From Carpediemonas membranifera BICM (lineage: Eukaryota > Protista > Fornicata): 64,000 nucleotides of DNA. The translations under genes were made by a program, and so were the position numbers. The DNA is taken from positions 155,827 to 219,826 of the forward strand of contig JAHDYR010000033.1 of assembly GCA_019828565.1 (NCBI GenBank). The letters are read 5' to 3'. A model generated the notes under the pieces. That model saw nothing but the letters and a program-made list of their open reading frames with translations. It was not told the DNA's origin and made no database searches. Below, piece after piece: positions 24,101 through 36,898 of the stretch (positions within the stretch are counted from its first letter, which is position 1; each line of letters starts with the position of its first letter).

Positions 24101-25382
24101 GGGATCGCCGCAGAAGTCGGCCCCCCTCGATTGGACTGCCACTGAGGACGAAGCATTCGCCCGTATGAAGACCCTAGTAGCCGAGCACACCGCCCTCGCG
24201 CTCCCAGACCTGAGTGCAAAGTGGACTCTCGAGACCGACGCATCGTCGACCGCCATCGGTGGTGTACTGTGGCAGGGCGAGGGTGACGAGAAGGTCCCAC
24301 TCGCCTTCTACAGCAAGACCCTCGACGAGACCCAGCAACGGTGGTCCACGGTGGAACAGGAGCTTTTCGCCATTGTCTATTGTGTAACGCGACCAGAGTT
24401 TTCCCCCCTCTTCAAGCTGAAGCCGTTCGAGCTTCGCACGGACCATCGTAATCTGATATGGCTACTCAGGAAGACAGACGAGGACGGCACTAAGAAACTG
24501 ACACGATGGCGACTCACCATGACAGAGTATCCGTATAACGTCACACACATAGCTGGAGCGCAGAACCTCGTAGCCGACGCACTGTCGCGGCCATCATCTC
24601 AGCGCAAGAACGAGGTGCGCCGCTCGATCGACCACGTCACCACGACGCGCCAAGAGCAGATCACCAGGGCGCACGCCGGTGCACAGGGCCACGTCGGCCC
24701 AGACCAGACCATCGCCAATCTGAAGCAGTCCGGTGTCACGTGGCCAGGCATGTCGGATGACGTCCGCGCGACCTTACGCCAGTGTCCAATCTGTCGCAAG
24801 ACAAAGCCAGCCCGCAAGGAGCCGATCAAGTGGCACTCTACTCAGCGCATCCGCCCATTCGAGACGGTGCAGGTGGACACCATTGGCCCTTTGCCCGAGA
24901 GAGACGGTCTCAAGTACGTCATCACGGTGGTGGACGTGTTCTCGAAGTTCACCATATTGAAGCCCACACGGTCAACGAGCGCAGCCGAGGCAGCAGCCGC
25001 ATTGCTGGAGATCTGGGCGACTTTCGGCGTCCCGGCCGAGCTCCAGTCTGACCAAGGTACACAGTTCAGGAATGCCCTAGTCGAGGAGATGAACGAGCGA
25101 CTGAGCCTCAAGCACCGGTTCAGTACGGCATATCATCCGGCCAGCAACGGCGTAGTCGAACGCCTGAATGGTACCGTCATGAGACGCTTAAGAGCGCTCC
25201 TGCTGGACGCCCGCGACGACAACTGGCCCGCATACCTGCCCATCGCCCAGCACGTTATCAACGCCACCCGCCACTCCACCACAGGCCTCAGCCCCTTCGA
25301 ACTATTGTTCGGACGCAAGTCAACCATGCTGCGCGTCGCGCCCGACGCCCTGACCAACGCAACCCAGATGCTCGAGCACTGA
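21144..25382 (+). mobile_element. Ty3/Gypsy element D (66-bp 5' LTR 21144-21209, gag-PR-RT-RH-IN), 3'-truncated
   Basis: LTR tgtgcc..ggcaca; CHHC knuckle, FDIGA, LDLRSGYWQ, YIDD, TDAS, DTIGP/SDQG; frameshifts near 22860 and 23960. Confidence 0.95.
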
Positions 25383-25837
25383 GCCCGGCTCGAGCATCTG
25401 GGTCGTTAGCTGGAAAAGACGGCGCTCTAGGATCGGATCAGTGGGCTTAATTGCGTTAGCAATCGCTCTGAAAACGAGGTCCTCTCTCTCATGTTTCTTA
25501 CGCTTCTCGCCCGTCACTGTGTTGTGCTTCGCGCTCTTGTATGTCTTGGCTACGTCTATACCAACTGCTGCACAGTATGAGGTGACAGCCGGACCCAAAC
25601 GCTTGATAAGTCGGCGTTTTCCGCCCGTTCGGACATGGCGTTCGAGTTTCTCCTTAAACGAAAGCAGAGCATTAATCTCTGGTTGAGTACATAACGGACC
25701 CTTGTCCTCAGTCATTGTAAGTAACGTTACTGTGGGTTCGTGAGAACAAAGCTTTACAAAGAATAGAGCTCGACACCCATGTGTCGAGCTGGACGACTCA
25801 AGACCTACCTATTAAATAATCTATTGATGAACCAACA
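25383..25837 (-). mobile_element. Ty3/Gypsy fragment E (56-bp LTR 25782-25837 plus gag N-terminus), close relative of A
   Basis: DKGPLCTQPEI..GGKRRL.KRLGPAVTSYC shared with A gag. Confidence 0.9.
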
Positions 25838-26359
25838 GGGGTACTAGGCCTTGCAGATCTAGAGTCTGTGTTAGCCCTAGCCCACGCCGCCTAACAGGGG
25901 TAGATGAGAGGGACTTAGTTGCTTTCCCCGCCCACGGGTAGGCCACTTAACAGAGTCGTGGGGGCACTGAACAGGGAATCTGGAAAGATGAGAGGGTGCC
26001 ATGCTTGAACGACCCCGTAGGGACTGCAGGGAATCAGGGAGTGCTATAGAGAAGGTCTTGCAGGACAAACCTGCCTGTGGAAGCACCGAGGACAGACCCC
26101 CAGGCTCCCTGGAAGCTGCCGGGTTTACAGGGAGACAGGAAAGCGCTCAGCGCACGGAGATGGCGAAGGCCTATGGGGGGAAGTGAAATCGGGAGTGAGC
26201 GGAAGCAGTAGCACCGAATCGCTCGTTGGACGCAGCTGACAAGTTCAATCGCAGGGAGGAGGCAGCGCCCCGGGGAACTCGGCTCCAGTAATAAGGGAGA
26301 TCAGCCTAAGTAACCGGGGCCCGATACCAGGCACCATAAATTTTCTTTCTTTCTTTCAG

Positions 26360-27813
26360 CGCAGGGTGCTCACCGTCTTCACGGACAACTCCACAGCCCA
26401 GGCTTGGGTCAACCGTCAGGGCTCTACGCACGCGCCCCAAGCTGCGATGGATCTTGTGCAGGAGCTTCACACTCTGCTCGCAAGCCGCAACCTTATCATC
26501 AAGGCCGAGTTCACGCCGGGTCGAGCCAACATCCACGCAGACCGGCTGTCTCGCAACATAGAGGTGCCTCCGACACTGACAGAGCAGCTCCTAGCTCTGT
26601 GGGGGCCGGCCAACACCATCTGGGAGGGCGACGGCCCGAAGGTCTGGCGCGGTCGTCGAGTTCTGGTGGTGAATACAGCAGTGACGAGAGCAGTGACGAG
26701 TCTATGTCTCAAGGCTACAGCTCCGACAGCACCTACGTCCCATCCGAGGACCTGGACCTCGTCGATATTCCTCCTCGTGAAAGACACTATGTCGCCAGAG
26801 TTGCGCCTCCTCAAGCAGGCAGCTCGCCTGAAGCGCTACTTCTCGACAACCGAGCCCCAGAGCGGCATGAAGTCGAGGTACATCGGTCTGGCCCTTCCAA
26901 CCTGTTCGAAGGAATCAGACTATCTGATCAGCTCTCGCACCTCGAGGAGCAAGGAAGGCGAGCGGTCGCCGGCTGGGTTACCAAGTTCATCGAGAGTAGA
27001 GATCCGAAGCTGTCCCACGCAGCCCAGTTCAGGGCATTCCTGCTCAAAGAGGGAAGGAACTCAGGGCCGGACTCGGTCGGCCGCAAGGCTTACTGGGTCA
27101 TCCAAGCAGCCCCGCGATGGTCTAGCTGGAGAGTTCCTCTCGACGCGCAGGCGATCCAGAAAGAAGCCCGCAAGAGAGCTACCCTGAAGGGTCTCACCGG
27201 AGGGTCACGCCCAGTCTACAGGATCGAGATGAGCGACGCCATCGCGAACCGCAACAGTTCTATTAGGGCATACCAGGCAACCCTGTTTGCGTCCATGTGC
27301 TACTTGACGGTCAGTAGAGGAAGGGAGATCTTCACGCTAACGCCCGGGCGCATCACCTTCGAGCCTAACGGTGACGCCACACTCGGCATCCCTCGTACCA
27401 AGACCATGATAGGGGTGGCTAAGAGACTCCCTAACGTCTGGATCCTGGGTTTTAACCCAGCTAAGGCTTTACAGCGCTGGCTGACTGGCCTATCTCTTCC
27501 GGACGATGCCTGCATGTGGCGGGAGGTGACTCCCCGCAATACGCTCAGTCGTCGCAACCCACGGTCAGCTAGGGGTTTGCTGCAGGACGTGAAGCGCTTA
27601 TTCGGCCCAAGGTCGGGCTGGCATTCGTTCCGCAAGGGTGCCGCCTCGGAGCTTGCCCTATGTGGCACGCCTCTGGAGGCTCTGCTCGCCATGGGTACCT
27701 GGCGGGAGGTTCGTAGTTTGCGCTCTTACATCGGACAGGCTATGCGCAACGAGCCTCTCTTCGTCCGCGAAGCGACAAGGAGTCTGCTGCGGCCTAGCGC
27801 GAAGCGTCTTTAA
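26360..27813 (+). mobile_element. DIRS/Ngaro-type YR retrotransposon remnant G (RNase H + tyrosine recombinase)
   Basis: TDNSTA..PGRANIHADRLSR; overlapping YR ORF with VSRGRE, HSFRKG, GTW, Y. Confidence 0.92.
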
Positions 27814-28059
27814 CGCTGCGCTCCTAATCATTCTAAACAATCTTTAAACGCGTTCGTCGAAGCGAAATGGTTTCGCCTTGATCCGCTCCCGCTATAACAA
27901 TGCGAGGCTATTGTAGTGAGAGTAGCGGTAGTAGTGTGTCCTCTGGGTGAGTGGTTCCATCTGGGTTGGTGATTATATGTTAGTTGGCCATGTTATATGG
28001 CTGGTTATCAAGCGGCCATGAAATATGGCTAAGGTGACAAGAAGTGAAATGCAAAAGTT

Positions 28060-28132
28060 TGGTCCCTGCCAGACTCGAACTGGCATCGCAGGATTCAGAG
28101 TCCTGAGTGCTAACCACTTACACTAAGGGACC
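28060..28132 (-). tRNA. tRNA-Gln (anticodon CTG)
   Basis: GGTCCCT acceptor stem, D-arm, CAGGA-CTCTGAA-TCCTG anticodon arm, GTTCGAG T-loop, T4 downstream. Confidence 0.96.
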
Positions 28133-28136
28133 TTGG

Positions 28137-28395
28137 CGGACCACTGTCCCCACGCGCGTGCATCCGTGCCCGGATGCGCGGCGAGCGCATGCTGCGGAGA
28201 GCAGCACAGAGAGAGGAGCCAGGGAGGCTCCTCCCCTCTTTTCCCAATCTGGGCATCGTCCCCTGCTGGTGGACGCCCATTTGGTCGTCGGCGTCTGCAG
28301 TGCCATAAACACTATTTGGGATTGTCTACAGTTGTAGACGTGCGCCGCACGCTGGTATGGCAAACCTGCCAACCCCGTCGGACAAGCGTGGTCCG
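28137..28395. ncRNA. Candidate structured RNA adjacent to tRNA-Gln
   Basis: Closing stem cggaccac/gtggtccg enclosing at least five GC-rich hairpins; family not recognised. Confidence 0.4.
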
Positions 28396-29494
28396 GTTGT
28401 GCCGTGCCTTTGGGGCGTGCTAGCAAAACCTGGTGAGGAAGTATTTAATAGATTGCGATACGGTGCCGCGGGCCAGCCGGGACCGTATCGTATCGGCTAA
28501 AAATAAATACTGATCGAGCCTAGAGTGGCATCAGCCATGACACTACCCCTCCCAGAGCGTCAGCTCGCATGTGCATTGGCATCTCTGGGCGCGTTGGGCT
28601 GTTACATGTTTTGTCAGGTTAGGCTAAAGTGCAGGCTAAGGTTTCGCAACGGGGGGCATACGAAGGTGGGGACAAAAAAAATGAACAGCAGGGCAATCCG
28701 TCTAGGCTTGTGTTGTAGTGCTGTGGTGACGTAGATGGTTCTTGGTTGGGCCTGTAGCTCGAGTGAGTGACGCTAGCGTCGTCGATGATGAGTGAGGTGA
28801 ACTCCTAGAAACCTCGTGGAAGTTGAAGTAGATAGTTCTAGTAAAGGTACTGTATCTAGTTGCGTTGTTGTTCTCGTGATCCGAAGGGTATTTGCTGAGA
28901 TATTCGACGTTTTGTCAAATTTTGCTGAGAAAATGGGAAGATGAGGTCGCTATGAGGTTGGTGATGGAGATAGGGGAAATGTGATCGTGGATTTGAGAAG
29001 TAATTACTTTGTTGTACGGTTCTCCATGACCTTTTCCGCGTCAAAGGGCGTATAGCTTGTGGGGTGATGATCGTTCGATTCTGGAAATGAGCTCGTCATG
29101 CGTCAGAGTCGATTCACGATGAGAGCAGTAAGAGACCGGGGCATACGAGCTGATTGCCGGTCCTGGACCGGTTGAGTGCCCCTTTGGGGGGTATTTTGAC
29201 CAAGTCGGAAAGCTTCGAAATGGTTCAATGACGGTGGTGTAGTGCGGTAATGTGGCTTAGAAACCGTTGTTGAGGGTGAAACGTCTTGATTAAATGACAT
29301 TTGTTGTGTTTGTCTGCTTCTGGATGGTTCTTCAGCTCCAGAAATAGAGTGTTGTGTGAGTGAGAATAAAACGAGGGCCTTTGGGGCCGTTTCATGAGTG
29401 ATTTGTGATTGTTTTGGCGGCTTTATGTACACTTACGCTTGCCAGCCTTTCTTTTTGATGTATCTGTTGATCTTTGGTGCCTCTGAGGGGTAGG

Positions 29495-32400
29495 TGTCCC
29501 AATCAATTGATTAAATCTCTTTCGCTAGCTGTTCTATCCATACCACAGTGATCACTGTCATGGTTTTAGTCAGCAACAGCCGTTTAGACGAGTATCGTCT
29601 TCACGTTGCAAGCAAAAAGCAGCCGTCTAGCATCCTCTTTTTCCTCGGGAGCGAGAAACTAGCCGAAATCCGCGCGGCGTTCATCCCGACAACGAGATTC
29701 CCAACATTCGAGGATTTCCAATGCTTCTTTGAGACAGAGATCCGTCCTCCCATTCATAAGCCTTCCGAGCAGAATGAACCCGAGAAGAACGACGACGACA
29801 AATCGGCCGAGGAGCTCAGCGCTCTCCTGGCCAAGCTCAAGGATATAGACACCCAAGCGGCCTCGATCGCTTCAGACGAGCTGAAGCAGGCCTTCATCAC
29901 CGCAGCCCTCAAGGCGGTCAGTCCGCCACCGACGGCCCCAGACACCTCGACCAACGCCTCAGAGCGCCTCTCGAGGGAGGAGCTCCGCGAGCGGGCGGAC
30001 CTCTTGCTCACCTACACCGCGTACTTCGAGCTGACACCCGCCCAGCGGGCCAACCCAGCCGCTCGCGCGGCGGCGATCCTGGAAAGGACCACGCTCACAG
30101 GTGGAGACATCACCTCTATGCAGAAGATGTTCCTAGCTTTCGGCAAGCACTGTCGCCAGCTGAACCCCAAGTTCCCGACAGAAGAAAACGGTTACACGCC
30201 CCTCACCGAGAAGAGGCTGATATCCACGCTTTTCCGCGTGCTGACCCGCGGTTTTGACGTCACCGAAGCCGCCCTCGCCTTCGAGGATTTCGCCGACGGC
30301 GCCACCACCATCGATGACGTCCAGCACCGCATCCTGGCTTTGCCAACTAACTCCGATGGGACGATCGTCACGCCTTGGTCCTTCTGCCAGAGGACCTCCG
30401 GTCCCATGGCAGGCGCCAAGGTCCCCGCTACACCGGGCAACGGCCGCAAGACCTGCCGCGTCCACGGTCCCGGCGGCCACTCTACTGAAGAGTGCCGGCT
30501 GCTGAAGCGCCAGAGTCAGGCTAACAGAGCCACACCGGCGGGCCGCCAACCTCAAGATCCCCGCCAGGGCCAGGCCTCTCAACGCACACCACACCAAGCC
30601 TCAGCCGCCCAGCAGAACCAGTCACGCCAGCCGCAGGCAGTTGGTCCCCAACGACAGGCCGCTGGACAACCACAGCAGCCCCAGCAACCATCGACGTCGA
30701 AGGGTCCTTGGCAGTTCAGGCAGAACCCCAAGCAGGCCACACCATTCACACCGACACCCCCCAACAAGCCCCAACAAGGCAGCGTTCAGAACGTAGAGCA
30801 TGCCGAGCACGCTTACTCGCCGGGCCGGCTTCTCCGGATTCCAGTGACGATAGGTGACACGCTTATCTCAGCGACGGTCGACCCTGGCTCCGTAGTGTCC
30901 ACCATCTCGCTGGACCTCGCCAACGCACTCGCCCAGTTTGGCAGGAGGGGCCCCGACATGGTCCAGCTGACGGGCCCTGACGACCAAGGTCTCCAGCAAC
31001 ACGGCACCTTCGAGACAACGCTGGTCGCGGACCGCTTGGGCGACCGCCGAACGATCATCGATTGGCCCCTGCCCGTCATCAGCGGCAGGGCCGATAAGGT
31101 CCTCATCGGCTCGGATATATTGTGGTTCTTAGGCCTCATGTCCGACGAGGGCATCATGCTTCGCCTCCGCCCGCAAGTTCACGACGGCGAGGACGAAGGC
31201 CTCCCCGACGACCAGACCGATGACTTCCACGCAGTCAACAACATTGTCAGCGACGACGCGGGCCCACTTGGCACACGCATCGCAAGCGACTTCCCGCTCA
31301 AAGCCGAGATGGCTGATGTCATCCGCCGGCACGCACCGGTATTCGGCGAGCTGCACCCTGACGGCGCCCAGATCGCCGCCGCAACGATTGACATCGTGCC
31401 AGGCGCACCCCTACCCAACCATGCCCCTCGACCGCTCACGGCACCCACCGCCGAAAGAGTGCACGAGATTATCGACGACATGGACAGACAGGGCATCGTA
31501 CGCGATTCCTACAGCCACGTGGCATCCGCAGCCGTCATCGTAGTGAAGAAGTCAAGCGAGTTACGACTTTGCGCCGACTACCGCGAGCTTAACTCGGTAA
31601 CTACACCAGACAGGTTCCCCCTCGCAGATATCCGCACCTTCACCAACGACTTCATCGGTGCCAAGTACTTCTTCGCTTGTGACCTCCGGTCAGGTTTTCA
31701 TCAAATGCCAGTACGCGAAGACCACAAGTACCTCACCGCTATAACGCTGCCAGGCCGGTTCAAAGAGTACAACTTTGCACCCTTTGGTCTTCGTAACCTA
31801 CCGTCACAGTTCCAGCGGGCCATCCAGGCAATCCTTGCCCCTGTGCGCGCCGACGGTACGAAGAACTACATCGACGACATCTTTGGTCGAGCCAAGACAC
31901 CTCAGGAGCTTCTAGACCACGTCGACCGCCTACTCTGTATCGCAGAGGAACGCAACGTCCGCCTCCGCGGCGACAAGTGTGTCTTCGGGGCGACGTCTAT
32001 CGAGATCCTCGGCGATATCGTCGATGGCAAGGGCCGCCGCATGAGCCCTACTCGTGTCAGATCCATGCAGGACCTCGCCGCACCTCACTCGGTCAAGGAC
32101 CTACGCATGATCATCGGTATGTTCACATACCTCAGTGACTATATCCCCGACTGCCAGACACGCCTCAAGCCGCTCCAGGCCTTGGTCAGCAAGGTCCCAC
32201 CCTACACCTTCAACGACTGGGACGACACGCTTCAGGCTCTGTTTGATCAGCTCAAGCAGGCCGTGACAGACGAAGAGGTCCTCGCCCATCCGGACCAGAG
32301 CAGGCCCTGGCGCCTCGAGACCGACGCCTCTCTCGAAGGCATCGGCGGTGTCTTACTGCAGCTTGACTCGGACAACACATGGCGCGTCGTGTCATTCTTC

Positions 32401-34019
32401 TCAAAGGTCTTCAACGACACACAGTCGCGTTGGTGCACGTACGACCAGGAGCTGTTCGCGATCATCTACTGCCTCACTCGGCCTGACCTCTCGCCCATCT
32501 TTAGAGTCCACCAGGACCTGACGATCTGGACGGACCACCGCAACTTGGTCTACCTGCACTCCAAGGCTGGCCAGGAAAACCGTAAGCACCTCCGCTGGCT
32601 GCTTATGATCCAAGAGTTCGAGTTCGTCATCAGACACATCGCAGGCGCGCAGAACACACTGGCCGACGCACTCAGTCGATACAACCCGCAGGCCACAGTC
32701 ACGCAGGTCAACAACGTCTCAGAGGCCGAGCTCGACGAAGACGCCAAGCGCAAGATCGTGCAAGAAGCTCACCGATACCACGAGGGCGAGCAGGCCACCA
32801 TCAGGAACGTCCGCCAGCTTGGGCACGATTGGCCAGGCCTCCACTCCGACGTGCACGCAGTCGTGTCAACCTGCGTGTACTGCGCTAAGGCACGCCTCTC
32901 CGCTTTCATTAAGACCACAACGCAGTCTTCTCTGCGCGACCGACCCTTCCAGACCATCGCTGTAGACACCATGGGTCCTTTCCCTGTCGACTCCGAGGGT
33001 TTCAGATACATCGTGGTGGCAACCGACATGTTTACCCGCTTCACGGAGCTCATCCCCACAGCTTCCAACAACGCGACGACGGTCGGGCTGGCACTTTGGT
33101 CCATCATCGGACGCTACGGTGTGCCTCGCGAGTTCCTTTCGGACAACGGCCCCGAGTACCGCAATCGGATGATAGAAGCTTTCCTTGATCGCTTGCAGGT
33201 CACGTACCACCGGACAATCCCTTTCCACCCTCAGTCAAACGGCCTGGCCGAGAGACGCAACCAGGAAGTCAAGCGACACTTACGTGTGCTCTGTCTGATG
33301 TTTGACCGTTACGACGCCTGGGCCTCCGTGGTCCCATACGTCCAGTACATCCTGAACACTACGGTCCACTCCGTCACCGGCGGTCGAACCCATTGCTCTC
33401 TTGATGGGCAAGCATGCCTCCGCTCGCGACTTCACGATCGCACCCAAGGAGGAGGGTAGAGTTCATACTCCCCTGGACGACATAGCCTCCTACATCGACG
33501 CGCTCACCGAGCACCTCCAGATCCTCGCCGACCAGGCCCTCAACCGCCAGCAGGCAATGACAAGGACCGCAGAGCCGACGCCCCCGATCGAGCCGGGCAC
33601 TCTGGTCCTTCGTAAGAACGAGAGCCCCACGAAGCTACACGGCCACCGCGGCCCATTCCGCATCACAGCCGCCGACGGTTACGCAGCGGAGATCACGCCG
33701 CTCACTGGCGGCAAGAGCCGCCGGGTCCACCTGAGCCAGTTAATCCGCATCTGCCAAGGCCCCCTCAGCGACGCCGAACTGTTGCGCATCGCGGCTACCG
33801 ACGACGAGGAGTATTACGTCGAGAAAGTCCTAGAGGTCGACGACGAGACTGGCGACCTCCTCATTAAGTGGCTCGGCTTCCCTGAGGCTAAGGCCACGTG
33901 AGAGGGTCCCAACTCTGACGCCGCCCGCACGTCCGTCGTGCGCCGTCACCTCGAGGAGAGGGGTAGTGTCCCAATCAATTGATTAAATCTCTTTCGCTAG
34001 CTGTTCTATCCATACCACA
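29495..34019 (+). mobile_element. Full-length Ty3/Gypsy chromovirus C with identical 53-bp LTRs and GTAGG target-site duplication
   Basis: LTRs 29495-29547 and 33967-34019 (TG..CA), TSD 29490-29494 / 34020-34024, polypurine tract gaggagaggggtag. Confidence 0.98.
29548..33901 (+). CDS. gag-pol polyprotein of element C (one frameshift near 33380, W to stop in the chromodomain)
   Basis: CHHC knuckle, VDPGS, CDLRSGFHQ, YIDD, TDAS, DTMGP/SDNG/AER, EYYVEKV..IKWLGF. Confidence 0.95.
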
Positions 34020-34045
34020 GTAGGACTTGAGATATGAGTCAAGGG

Positions 34046-35777
34046 TTAAACAGGGTTAAACGCGACATGTGTCACCTTGCCCTCCTCAGACTTGCTAAAA
34101 ACGTACATGCCGACGACTGGATCGATCTTTGGGTCAAAATCCCGGACAACATGGAGGTATGCAACGGACTTTCCAGTCATTGAGCACCAGGCTTCAACAG
34201 CCCACTGAGTCAACCACTTCTCCTGTATGATTGGCTTACCGATGTTGCCCTCCTCCGTGACAGTGTGTACACTGCACACTTCATGGAAAAGTTCGTCCCG
34301 GAGACCCTCCTCGGGCCGCCTGTACCCCGGAGTGGCCCGCCGGTTCATCTCTATCGCTTCCTTGTATATCTGCTCGCGGTATTTGTCCGCCTTCGTCTCC
34401 GCTGCACACTGCTCTTCATTCGTCATCGTCTCCCAGCTCTTGAACGCATGAGGCTCCGTGACGCCCTCGATCATCATGAGGCAGTGTGTTATACAGTTGC
34501 CGTGGGGCAGGGTTTTGTATCTGACCCACTGCTTGCTCTTCTCCAGCTGATTGGCGACGTCAACTCTAAACTTGACTTCCCTGCTCCTCATCTGCTCGGA
34601 AGCTGGGTCGACGTGGTCGACCTGGACATATTCAACGTCCGACTCAGCCTCGAATGCCACCTCGTTGTCTGCCTCTTGCTCCTTATCTGCCTCACGCTTC
34701 TCCTCTGACTCTGCATTCACCTCTGACTCAGCCATCTCGTCCTCCTGCTCCTCCTCCTCTGCCTCACCCTCCTCCACTGGCTCCTCTTCCTCCTCTGACT
34801 CCTCCTCCGAGTCCTCAGGCCTGGCCTTCTCGGGCGTGATGATGAGGGCCTTGCGCTTCACAGACATGGAGGCCTCGGGCTCGTCCGTAGTGCGTCGGGG
34901 ACAGGAAGTCCTGGAGACTGTGCCAGACTGTGGCGGGATGGGGCTGCATGGGAGTGATGCATCCATGGACTTGTCAGCGTCATAGGCTGCCTCTCGCTCA
35001 GCCTGCTGCTGCAGAAGGCGTCGATGCAGCGTGATGACTTCCTCACTCTTTGCCGTCAAGCTCTTCCTCAACTGCTTGACTCTCTTCTTGTATCCTCGAA
35101 CAATTTTGTGATAGTAATCGATGATAGCGCCAGTACCTGGGGGAGCAGGGGCGTACCTTCTCCCGCGGGGGTCTCCAACCATTCCAGGGCGATGATGTAC
35201 TCTTCGAAGTACGAGCGGCAGGAGTGCTTCATGTAAGCAAGGTCTGCCTCCTTGCTGCGCACCCTGGCAACCATTGCTGTGACATGGTCGCGCACAAGCG
35301 CGTTGGTGGATGTCGCGTTGCGCCACGCCCGAACCTTGACACTCAGCGCCTCTTTTTCGATACGCGCGCCCTCATTCTCCTTGGCATACTCAGCCCTCTT
35401 GGAGTTCTTGAAGGCTGTGACAGCGGCCGACTCAAACGCCTTCATCTCCTTCTCCGTGAAGGTTGCCTCGATGTTCTCGTTCGAGGTCTTATCCTGCACC
35501 TGCTGAGACAGCAATGCCTCGAGTTCTGCCTTCTTCTCGCCCTGAATCTCGAAATATGAGCACAGGTGGTTAAAGTTGATCCCTATATAAACATTTGCAC
35601 CAATTACGTACCGTTCTTGACGACTATATCGAAGATATCGTTCTCGTCGAGCAATTTGTCCCGAAGAACGGCACTCTTCGCCTTGTTTGTCTTCTTCTCC
35701 TTGAATTCGGTGATAACGGCCTCAATCACATCATCTGAGGTGCTCTCGATCCACTCGTGAAGGAATTCGAACGTCAT
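34046..35777 (-). pseudogene. OTU-like protease gene (unit 2); intron 35583-35611, frameshift near 35140, catalytic His region not found
   Basis: N-terminus homologous to 9965 gene (WIES..KSAVLRDKLLDE), KRKALI motif, TLPHGNCITHCL; 3' end next to element C. Confidence 0.7.
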
Positions 35778-35986
35778 TCTTCTCTTCGTTATATCCCAAT
35801 AATGGACATATAACAGAGATGAGAAAATTGCCAGTAACCGTAGGCAACGGGGTGTCGGAAACGTTATACCATACAAACGGGGGATATAATCGCTCCGAAA
35901 ACATCCATTATGTGGACTGAATGGCGATATAACGTATGGGGAGTGATCCGACGAGCTTTCGGGCGGTGCAGGCTAAGACACACCAA

Positions 35987-36437
35987 GTCTGTGGTGCTAT
36001 AACGTACCTCGGGACGCACTGTGGAGGCCCCTAGAGTACTCGGTCATGGCATGTCAGACCAAGGGTGCCTCAAATCTGGCCCCATTCAGGATGCACCCCC
36101 TAAATGTTCCGTTGCAAGCGTCTGACGGGCGTTCTCTGGATACCGACCAAGATGGAGGTCACGTGGATGAACGGACGATAATTACGGTATTCTGGCCATG
36201 CCTGGTACTCTCAAATCATCTGTACTGCTCTATGCTCCATTTATAGTTCATATCGTTTCGTCCTGATGGACTTTTGGTACTTGATGTTGTTTAGAGATAA
36301 TTGTTGCTTTAATGATGCTCTGCGCCCGCATACTGATGTTTCTTAGTGATATGTGCATGCCTGTATCGTTAAAGCCGCCAGTATTCTTTCTATTCTTAAG
36401 TTCGCCATTTCAGTCTCGTTGCGAGCATAAAGTGCAC
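35987..36437. promoter_or_regulatory. Conserved non-coding core, copy 2 (inverted)
   Basis: Reverse complement of 9186-9637; invariant 37-mer at 36132-36168. Confidence 0.8.
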
Positions 36438-36898
36438 ATTGTGAAAGGAAAGTGGGTGGTTATCTAATGGATACAGGGCAGGACAAGGCACACAAATGCC
36501 GTCCTGAGGTTTGGCATGGGATACTGATCTCATACGACAAAAATGGGCGGTGGTATTCGAATTTCAGAATTTCGGCATGTCCGAATTCCGAGGCAAGCGG
36601 GTAGGGTGTACAAAACCTGGCCTGGGTCCCTACTGGAGCTAATAGATAACAGTATCACCGTGTATTCGTATTCAGAAATATAACTTGTGTTGGTATTGCT
36701 ATTTCAGAATTACTTCCAGTCCAGGAGATTGTCTTAGAATTTGGATGTTCATGACTACTTTAAAAATTTAAAAAGTTCCCATGAACCCACTCCAGCTCAG
36801 GATTGCGGATCTGAGCCAAGTTTAGGTCGAATCCAAGTATTTGATAATTTTGTATGTACGAAATTCTGAAATTGCAATACCAACAGAAAACTCGTGAT

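Noticed and set aside
25840-26350. LINE 3' fragment or coding region
   Set aside because: Purine-rich but no recognisable motif or sustained reading frame
28206-28215. U6 snRNA (ACAGAGA box)
   Set aside because: Downstream AGAUUAGC and U6 stem-loop context are absent
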